Source: a virus. From it: a DNA stretch of 64,000 nt. Positions 57,264-64,000 of the stretch are shown here, one piece after another; the stretch's first letter is position 1; every line of letters begins with the position of its first letter. Under the pieces are notes generated by a model. The model saw only the letters and a list, made by a program, of their open reading frames with translations, was not told the DNA's origin and ran no database searches. A program made the position numbers and the translations under genes. Location of the stretch: the IMG/VR virus record IMGVR_UViG_2788500526_000003, positions 488 through 64,487 of that record; one strand, written 5' to 3'.

Positions 57264-57599
57264 ATGACCGGCGCTGAAATCATGGCCGTCGTTGGCTTTA
57301 TCGTAATGCTGATGGGCTTTCTGTTCGGGCTTTGGAAGTACGTGGAAAGCCAAATCGCAAAAGCCGAGGCCCGCAACGCGGCGAAAGCCGATGCTGCAAC
57401 CGCTCTCGCCAGCCTGACGCGGCAGGAGCTTTCAGACTACAAGCTGCGCGCAGCCGAAACATTCGCCACGAAGGCAGGCATGCAGGAACAGACTTCCCAG
57501 ATCATGCGGGCTATCGAAAGCGTGGCGCATCGTATCGATGGTCTCACCGAGCGGATTGATAACATCATGGCGACGAGGACGACGAGGGGGAGGACATAA
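57264..57599 (+). CDS. Single-TM coiled-coil protein (holin/antiholin candidate)
   Basis: N-terminal TM; end of the lysis cassette. Confidence 0.5.
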   Translation: MTGAEIMAVVGFIVMLMGFLFGLWKYVESQIAKAEARNAAKADAATALASLTRQELSDYKLRAAETFATKAGMQEQTSQIMRAIESVAHRIDGLTERIDNIMATRTTRGRT

Positions 57600-57607
57600 G
57601 CAGCAAC

Positions 57608-58372
57608 TTATGGCGCTGATGTAAATCTTCTGAATGCTGGCGTAACGTGATCATCGCGGTCTTTCTTCAGCATTCTTAAAATGTTCTCTCCGTAGTGTGG
57701 TACAGAGTAAACACTAATCGTTCTAATTGTATTCTTACCCCGACCTGCCCTGAGGTAATATTCACTAATGGCTATGGGGCGAGGAGGTCGTGGCGTTAAT
57801 ATCTCGATGAAACACCCTCCAAACATAAACGTGAGGTTTACACCGTTCTTGTTGTTGAGTATTCGCGGTGACATCACAATTTTAGATAGATTAACGTTGT
57901 CACCATGGATATGATCAAATAGTTTACTTACTCGCACTGCGTATTGTGATAATATCTTGTGTGAACTATCTGAAAAAATTGTCTTTATTCGATCTTCGTC
58001 ATGTCGCGATAATGTAAAATTCTGATAGAATTCAGTCTCATTTTTACTGGAGCGCCAAGCGATTGAAAGTATCGCTCTTGAAAAAATTCTCGCATCTGTA
58101 GTGCTCAAAACCTGCTTTGTTTTTAGTTCTTCAATAATCCTCTGTATAGGTATGTCGTACGAAACATTAAAATGACTTTCGCATTCCGCACATAACATAG
58201 GGTAGTCGCCGCTAGCTTGTGTAACGCTATTTTGAGAGCCGTCGGTTTTATATTTGATTGCCTGCCCATTACTTTTGGCGGAGCGGAAATAGCTGTTGGG
58301 GATTGCATGAGATCTCGATAGCTTCTTCTCCTGCTGGCAAAACGCACAGATTCCGATCGTTGCTTTAGACAT
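57608..58372 (-). CDS. AT-rich moron with an HNH-like zinc-binding N-terminus
   Basis: CAFC...SHAIP...LCAECESHF. Confidence 0.65.
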   Translation of the reverse strand: MSKATIGICAFCQQEKKLSRSHAIPNSYFRSAKSNGQAIKYKTDGSQNSVTQASGDYPMLCAECESHFNVSYDIPIQRIIEELKTKQVLSTTDARIFSRAILSIAWRSSKNETEFYQNFTLSRHDEDRIKTIFSDSSHKILSQYAVRVSKLFDHIHGDNVNLSKIVMSPRILNNKNGVNLTFMFGGCFIEILTPRPPRPIAISEYYLRAGRGKNTIRTISVYSVPHYGENILRMLKKDRDDHVTPAFRRFTSAP

Positions 58373-58513
58373 GCTGATCTTACCCCCTGAGACTGCGTCG
58401 CTCTCACTATACTGGAAAAAGTATCCCTCCATTAACACCACATTTATCGAGACATTCCATCCTTCCTTTTGCGCCGCTCACCACGGCTACCAAACCAAAC
58501 ACGAGGAGACTGT

Positions 58514-59803
58514 ATGTCCCATGACAGACAGGGCGCGGGTGCGCGCCTTTCACACGAAGAACTCCTGCGGCGCGCCGAGGCTTACCGCGAGCACGGCACG
58601 CTGATTAAGGCTGCCGCTGCGCTCGGCATTAAGAAGTCGGCATTCCACGAGAGCATCAAGCGGGCAGCTGAGCTGGGGCTGTTGGGCCCGTCGCCGACGT
58701 TGCCCGGCTATGCGATCAAAAGCCTGACCGAGACGCCGAACGGCACTTATATGCGCCAGACGAAAGAGGCTGGCCCGGTTTATGAGCCGACGGCTGGCCT
58801 TGCCGTCAAAGGCAAGACGACGCTCGTAAATGCCGAAGGTCGGGTGCTGACCACGCATATTATGGAGCGGGCTGACGCCAGCGCACAAAGGGCGGCGTTC
58901 GATGCCGTGGTGTCCGCGCTGTCTGAAAACCTGCCGCGTGTCAGCATCATGCCGGCTCCGCGCGGCACGAATGCCGACCTTCTCAATTTCTTCTGCTTGA
59001 CGGATGCCCATTTCGGGATGCTGGCATGGCGCGAAGAAACCGGCGCTGATTACGATATCGAGATTGCAGAGCAGCTTGTTGCGGACTGGTTCGCTGCCGC
59101 GATTGATCTTGCGCCTGACGCGCATACCGCCGTGCTGGCGCAGCTCGGCGACCTTGCTCACTATGACAGCATGGAAACGGTCACGCCTGCCAGCAAGCAC
59201 GTGCTGGATTCGGATTCTCGCCTACAGAAGATCATTCGCGTCATCATCCGAACTGTTCGACGTGTCATCGACATGCTGCTGCAAAAACATCAGCACGTGC
59301 ACATCATTATGGCGCAAGGCAACCACGACCCGGCCTCCTCGGCATGGCTTCGAGAAATGCTTGCAGCGATGTACGAGAATGAACCTCGCATCACCGTCGA
59401 TAACTCGCCCAGCCTTTATTACGCTTACGAGTGGGGTAGGACGGCGATATTCGCGCATCATGGCCACAAGCGAGGCGTCAATAACGTCGATGCGACGCTG
59501 GCTGGCATGTTTCGAGAAATGTACGGCCGGAGCAAATATGCCTATGCGCACATCGGCCATTTGCATTCGGACGAAGGGCGCAAGTCTGGCCTGATGTATG
59601 TCGAGCGCCACGAAACGCTTGCGGCCCCTGACGCATATGCTGCTGGCGGAGGGTGGTTGTCCGGCAGATCGGCGAAAGTCATCACGTACTCGAAGCTATA
59701 CGGCGAAGTTTCGCGCCTGACGCTCCGACCTGAAATGGTTCAAGGCGCTGCGCGCATGCCGGTTGCCGCGAATGATAACCAGCCTAAGCAGGCTGCAGCC
59801 TAA
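58514..59803 (+). CDS. Calcineurin-like metallophosphoesterase with an N-terminal HTH
   Basis: DAH, GD, GNHD, HHGH, GHLH motifs; RBS at 58498-58508. Confidence 0.8.
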   Translation: MSHDRQGAGARLSHEELLRRAEAYREHGTLIKAAAALGIKKSAFHESIKRAAELGLLGPSPTLPGYAIKSLTETPNGTYMRQTKEAGPVYEPTAGLAVKGKTTLVNAEGRVLTTHIMERADASAQRAAFDAVVSALSENLPRVSIMPAPRGTNADLLNFFCLTDAHFGMLAWREETGADYDIEIAEQLVADWFAAAIDLAPDAHTAVLAQLGDLAHYDSMETVTPASKHVLDSDSRLQKIIRVIIRTVRRVIDMLLQKHQHVHIIMAQGNHDPASSAWLREMLAAMYENEPRITVDNSPSLYYAYEWGRTAIFAHHGHKRGVNNVDATLAGMFREMYGRSKYAYAHIGHLHSDEGRKSGLMYVERHETLAAPDAYAAGGGWLSGRSAKVITYSKLYGEVSRLTLRPEMVQGAARMPVAANDNQPKQAAA

Positions 59804-59855
59804 CCACCGCGCCGCCGACCAAGCGGCGCTTTCACCACTAACATGAGGAGAAACC

Positions 59856-60452
59856 ATGCTTGAAGAAGCAGAAGACCGCGCCGCGCGAGCGGCTGTTGAA
59901 GGGCGGCCGTCGGCGCCAGTTACCAGAGTGACGATAAGGGCGGGTGAGCTTTACATAGGCGACATTCCCGCCTCCCATCTATGGCCAGTTGCCAAGCAAT
60001 CGGGCCGGGAAATGACAGGTTTCCTGTCCACGCTGTCTCCTGCCCAGCAGGAAGCAGCGAAGGCGTATCGGGGTGACGATGCAGTTATAAGTATCCTGCC
60101 AAAACCTTATAACCACAGCCGCAAGCCGCTCGTCATCATCGAAAGCCCATATAGCGGCGACGTGGCGCGCAATACCGAATATGCCCGGGCTTGCCTTCTA
60201 GACAGCCTACGGCGAGGCGAAGCTCCGATTGCGAGCCACTTGCTGCACACACAAGTGCTGGACGATTTGCGGCCCGATGAACGGGAGCTCGGCATTGAGG
60301 CTGGCCTTGAATGGTATCGGGTAGCGGAGAAATGCGTGGTCTATGAGAATTTCGGGATAAGCCGAGGCATGGCGGAAGGAACGGCGAGGGCGCGTAGCTA
60401 TGGCGTGCCGGTTGAGTACCGGAGGTTAGAGGCATGGAGGGATGCGGCGTGA
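59856..60452 (+). CDS. Hypothetical protein with a nucleoside deoxyribosyltransferase-like C-terminal domain
   Basis: VIIESPYSG...PIASHLL...GISRGM..G. Confidence 0.55.
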   Translation: MLEEAEDRAARAAVEGRPSAPVTRVTIRAGELYIGDIPASHLWPVAKQSGREMTGFLSTLSPAQQEAAKAYRGDDAVISILPKPYNHSRKPLVIIESPYSGDVARNTEYARACLLDSLRRGEAPIASHLLHTQVLDDLRPDERELGIEAGLEWYRVAEKCVVYENFGISRGMAEGTARARSYGVPVEYRRLEAWRDAA

Positions 60453-60649
60453 TTGACGATGATATCGCGGCAATGAGCCTCGAACAGCATATTGAAGAGC
60501 GTGTGAACGCAGCCATCCTCGCTGAGCGTCAGCGTTGCGCGGATGTTGCTGAAAAGGAAGGGCAGGGCTTCCGGGGTCATAACCTGCCGCAGTGCGCGTT
60601 GGGCGCGTTCTCGGTTCGCAAGGCCATCCTCGCAGGAGAAGCCGCATGA
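60449..60649 (+). CDS. Hypothetical protein
   Basis: Coupled overlaps. Confidence 0.55.
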   Translation: MIDDDIAAMSLEQHIEERVNAAILAERQRCADVAEKEGQGFRGHNLPQCALGAFSVRKAILAGEAA

Positions 60650-60978
60650 TCCACTTCAACGTTGGCGATAAAGTCATCTGCATCGATGCCAAGGTCGGCT
60701 TCGAGCAGTTCATCGAGATCAAGGAAGGCGAGATTTACGAGATCGCCTGGATTGGCCCGTTCGAACACTACACGCAGGGCAGTTTCATCGGCGTTCGGCT
60801 GAAAGGCGTCGATCGAGGAGTTTGCCCTCAGTTCGGTTACGACAATCCGCCGTTTGCGGCGCGTCGGTTTCGCCCGCTTGTTCGGGATAAGCTGGCATCG
60901 GTACGGGGACTGCTTGCAGGCGGCCCGGTGACTGAGAAGTTTGAAGAGCCGAAGCGGAAGGTGGGGGAAGAAGTCTAA
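60646..60978 (+). CDS. Hypothetical protein (FNVGDKV module)
   Basis: ATGA coupling. Confidence 0.6.
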   Translation: MIHFNVGDKVICIDAKVGFEQFIEIKEGEIYEIAWIGPFEHYTQGSFIGVRLKGVDRGVCPQFGYDNPPFAARRFRPLVRDKLASVRGLLAGGPVTEKFEEPKRKVGEEV

Positions 60979-61322
60979 TGGTTCCAGACGCACGAATCGA
61001 CCGTGAGATTGCTCGAGGTGAACTGGGTTCTGGCAAGCAGCCCATGCCAAAGCCGGTTCACTTAACCGACCTGGGCCTACGCGCAGCCACAGCGCACGTG
61101 ACCTCCGACGGCGGCAGCACGAGCTACTACGAGCTACCGCCACAAGCGACCGAACTGAACGACCTTATCGAGCACAAAGGCATGTCCTTCGCGCTCGGCA
61201 ACATCTTTAAGGCTTGCTATCGGTTTGGAGAGAAAGACGCGGCCAGCCGAATGTATGATCTGAACAAGATCATATACTTCGCGGAGAGGCTTAAAGCTTT
61301 GGAGGAGAGGCGGGCGGCTTAA
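60978..61322 (+). CDS. DUF3310-like protein
   Basis: SYY...DLIE...FALGNIFKACYR...DLNKIIYF. Confidence 0.65.
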   Translation: MVPDARIDREIARGELGSGKQPMPKPVHLTDLGLRAATAHVTSDGGSTSYYELPPQATELNDLIEHKGMSFALGNIFKACYRFGEKDAASRMYDLNKIIYFAERLKALEERRAA

Positions 61323-61750
61323 AAAAGAACCCCGCAGCGGAATCGCGCGGGGTGGAAGTCATGTCTCATCGGCATTTGAAATTTTAATCAGACGAGAGGA
61401 AAAGTAAAGTCCCGACTTCACGCATTGGTTTAAACAGCGAGCGCTCAGAAGAATGGCGCTCGTTGCACGGCGATTGTAAGGAGTATGGCTGCTGGTAAGG
61501 CAACCGACATGCCAGCCAGCGCGGTCGATGATGCTGTTCGCAGCGATTTGCTTAAATTTGCGGATGTCATTTTTTACCCTCCTTTGAGGAGATAAAAACA
61601 CATCGTACCAGGTTCAGTAAACCCGTTTCTAGCAGGGATGAAACTGCAAAAAAAGCCCCGCAGCATGATCGCACGGGGCTAATGGAAGGTGTCATATGCC
61701 TGCGCTCAGAATTTTATTCAGACGAGACAAAAAGTAAAGCCCCGACGCTT
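61321..61750. repeat. Pair of diverged ~100-bp direct repeats, each with a terminator-like hairpin
   Basis: 61321-61417 vs 61649-61746 share CCCCGCAGC..ATCGC.CGGGG and ATTTTA.TCAGACGAGA..AAAAGTAAAG.CCCGAC. Confidence 0.75.
61445..61570 (-). CDS. 41-aa hydrophobic peptide
   Basis: AAGGAGGG RBS; MTSANLSK...LPAAILLTIAVQRAPFF*. Confidence 0.55.
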   Translation of the reverse strand: MTSANLSKSLRTASSTALAGMSVALPAAILLTIAVQRAPFF

Positions 61751-61982
61751 TCGGCAGGCGTCGGGGCCGCGCTTGGCAAATGAGGTGCATGTCCTTGCCA
61801 GCGCTCTATTCGCTGAGCTTCGTACGGACCCAGCGAATAATTGGAAAAATGCCCTGCCTTAGGGACGATCCAGGCAGGGCTGCGTCCGCGACGTTTCTAG
61901 TGGTGACAGAATTACGCTGACGCAAGGTGGTATCGATGCATTGCGTGAAACGCCGTCGAAGCAGATTTGTTCCCGCCGTAAT

Positions 61983-62267
61983 CTAGTCTTTGTTGGCTGC
62001 TTCCATATTCGAATTGGCAGCCGGGAAACTGTCGTGCGGATGGCGGAATTGATATTTTTGATGAGCCAACCGGGCAGCCAGTTCGGTGATGTAGCCGAGG
62101 TCGCGAAGGCCGCTCTCATAGAGCATGACGATTGTGCTGGACAGATCGACGGCAGCGTATTCCAGATCACGTTCTTCCAGTGCAGCCGCTGCGTCTGAAT
62201 AGCAGCGCCGCATGAAATTGACTTCATCGAGCGTATATATACGGCTCGCTTCATTGAAAAACGGCAT
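61983..62267 (-). CDS. Hypothetical protein
   Basis: GGGAGG RBS before MPFFNEAS. Confidence 0.6.
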   Translation of the reverse strand: MPFFNEASRIYTLDEVNFMRRCYSDAAAALEERDLEYAAVDLSSTIVMLYESGLRDLGYITELAARLAHQKYQFRHPHDSFPAANSNMEAANKD

Positions 62268-62435
62268 AGTCAGCCTCCCTCGAGTGCTGGACCAAAGTAA
62301 AGCCGTTGCGGCAATCATTCGTGTGATAATGGTTAATGCCTAAAGGCAGAGAAAGTTTCTAAAAAACTTCCAGCGTGACGCAGACCACTCAGGCGGAGCT
62401 GTGAATGCATTCTGGGCCTGCACTAAATGACCGGT

Positions 62436-63113
62436 TTAAAACAAACTTGCCTGCTCTTCCTTATTGTCATTGCTTGGTGTGAGATCGATCAGATCAGCAT
62501 CCGGCAGGGGCTTTTGCATTTCCTTGGCTTCATCCCATGGAGCACGTAGCCAGGTGTCGATTTCCTCCGTGGTGCGGAGAATGACTGGCATTGCTTTTGG
62601 ATGGATCGGTTTCACCACGGCATTCGGTTCGGTCGTGAGAAACCCGAAGATATCGACCTCGACCGGCCCTTCCTTTTTTTTCCGCACACCTTTCCAACTG
62701 GTCCAGATGCCAGCAAATGCAAAGAGTGGCTTTTCATCGTTTAGCGCGAACCAGTGAAGCGGCTTGCGCTTGGTCTTCGGGTCCGGTTCCTGCCCGTATT
62801 CGGAGAATGAGGTGGCCGGCACAACGCAACGGCTTTCGACACCTTGCCATCGCCGCCAGTGTGGCGAGGTGAGGTTGCGGATATTTGTTACTCCGCTATC
62901 CGCTTCGCCCTTCACATACATCGGCGGTGTAGGCATGCCCCAGCGGAGCAATGCCAGTTCTGGCTCATCACCTTTGATGTTTCGCAAAACCGGGGCTGGA
63001 TAATCGGGAAAGATATCCATCTGCGGATCGACGCGATTCGTCAGGTCCGAGAATTTCTTGAACAGGCGGCGCATGGCCTCATGTGTCGTGGTAATATTGT
63101 ATAGATTGCACAT
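62436..63113 (-). CDS. SOS response-associated peptidase (SRAP/HMCES/YedK family)
   Basis: N-terminal MCNLY, RCVVPATSFSEY, IHPKAMPVIL. Confidence 0.9.
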   Translation of the reverse strand: MCNLYNITTTHEAMRRLFKKFSDLTNRVDPQMDIFPDYPAPVLRNIKGDEPELALLRWGMPTPPMYVKGEADSGVTNIRNLTSPHWRRWQGVESRCVVPATSFSEYGQEPDPKTKRKPLHWFALNDEKPLFAFAGIWTSWKGVRKKKEGPVEVDIFGFLTTEPNAVVKPIHPKAMPVILRTTEEIDTWLRAPWDEAKEMQKPLPDADLIDLTPSNDNKEEQASLF

Positions 63114-63146
63114 GCGCTCCTCCTCGTTGCGAAGAGAATAGCGCGC

Positions 63147-63332
63147 CTATTTCTTTTTGCCAGCCAGAGCGTCTTCGCCTTCCTGCTTATGGGCGCGGCA
63201 AAGCCAAAGCTGACCGTTCGACAATTTATAGCCAAAGGTTCCCCATTCCTTGCAGCCTTTGGCGTCACACCAGTGCTCAAACAGCTTTCCGACCTTGGCG
63301 ACGTGCGCGTTGTCGTTCTTGTATTCGGCCAT
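63147..63332 (-). CDS. Small Cys/His protein
   Basis: HWCDAKGC...WLCRAH. Confidence 0.6.
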   Translation of the reverse strand: MAEYKNDNAHVAKVGKLFEHWCDAKGCKEWGTFGYKLSNGQLWLCRAHKQEGEDALAGKKK

Positions 63333-63334
63333 TC

Positions 63335-63580
63335 TCACCTCGGCATCTTCGTAATTCCAAACTGCGCATCGCCCTTTGCTGTGCATGCCTTGCATCTCAG
63401 GCGTCCATGTAGATCGACGAAGTAGGTATGAGTTCCGTATTTGCGTAGGAGCATCTCTCTATCGACTGATCCGATGTGCCCGCAGCGGCAACAAAACCCG
63501 TATAGCTCGTACCATTTGAATAGATCCATGATCCGGGCCGATACCGGCATTTCGGTCAAGTATGGTGGACGCGGTTTCAT
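63335..63580 (-). CDS. Small zinc-ribbon protein
   Basis: CCRCGH...LRCKAC. Confidence 0.65.
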   Translation of the reverse strand: MKPRPPYLTEMPVSARIMDLFKWYELYGFCCRCGHIGSVDREMLLRKYGTHTYFVDLHGRLRCKACTAKGDAQFGITKMPR

Positions 63581-63876
63581 CGATCAAAGTACGTCTCCCA
63601 CGGCTTGGATTTCTTGTCCGTTGGGTCATAAGGTACGCCGCCATTCAGCCGGATGAACTCCTGCTGGCCTTCCTCGGTCAGGAATTTCACAATCGAGAAA
63701 TGATGGCCTTCATGATACTGACGGCCGTGCAAGCGGTGGGCGCCCAGCCGATGTTCATCTGCGATCACTTCCAGAAGCCTTCTGCGAAGTTCATCGGTGA
63801 GATACAAAACCACCTGGAACGGGTATTCCTTATTGATCAGCGTCTTCGGAGGCTCGCCACGGGATCTGCCGCTCAT
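63577..63876 (-). CDS. Hypothetical protein
   Basis: ATGA coupling. Confidence 0.6.
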   Translation of the reverse strand: MSGRSRGEPPKTLINKEYPFQVVLYLTDELRRRLLEVIADEHRLGAHRLHGRQYHEGHHFSIVKFLTEEGQQEFIRLNGGVPYDPTDKKSKPWETYFDR

Positions 63877-64000
63877 TTCACGAACACCGTCGGCTTCCAG
63901 CCTCGCGCAAAGCCCATCGACATAGCCAGACTGGCATATTCGATCTCTTTGACGAGAAAATTCCGATCCTTCAGAAGCGTCTCGATCGCAGCCCGCGCAT
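63873..64000 (-). CDS. Partial hypothetical protein (3' end only)
   Basis: ARAAIETLLKDRNFLVKEIEYASLAMSMGFARGWKPTVFVK*; stop overlaps the next start. Confidence 0.5.
   Translation of the reverse strand, partial: ARAAIETLLKDRNFLVKEIEYASLAMSMGFARGWKPTVFVK

Noticed and set aside
1-64000. attL/attR direct repeats
   Set aside because: None recognised; the integrase 5' end and probably both prophage ends lie outside the window.

Overview
The window is almost entirely one temperate siphovirus-type prophage with an HK97-fold capsid. An alphaproteobacterial (Hyphomicrobiales-like) host is inferred from an alpha-type LexA box, a cuckoo sRNA, a DUF982-like gene and ANDN tags. Order: tyrosine integrase (cut by the window edge), leftward early operon, CI switch, recombination/replication genes (AAA ATPase, HNH, DnaN clamp, exonuclease, SF2 helicase, three methyltransferases, prim-pol/helicase), tRNA-Met, packaging/head/tail genes with antisense morons, an IS3 insertion, an acyltransferase moron, the lysis cassette, a late accessory operon and a SRAP cluster. 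No att site was seen. The standout is a TIGR-Tas-like RNA-guided module in the early-left operon. It has 12 stem-loop units on the minus strand (9 + 3), each with the fixed 32-nt core YCN-N9-YG-N4-YCN-N9-CG (last box AG in one unit) and unique 9-nt spacer pairs. The units flank an unknown 189-aa gene and lie directly upstream of a Nop/IS110-like protein with no nuclease domain. Other notable signals: ssrA-like ANDN tags in about 14 phage proteins, a dual-frame C5 methyltransferase, clamp-binding motifs alongside a phage-encoded clamp, a phage-borne cuckoo sRNA, a phage-wide leader motif, and an amber stop in the head-closure gene.
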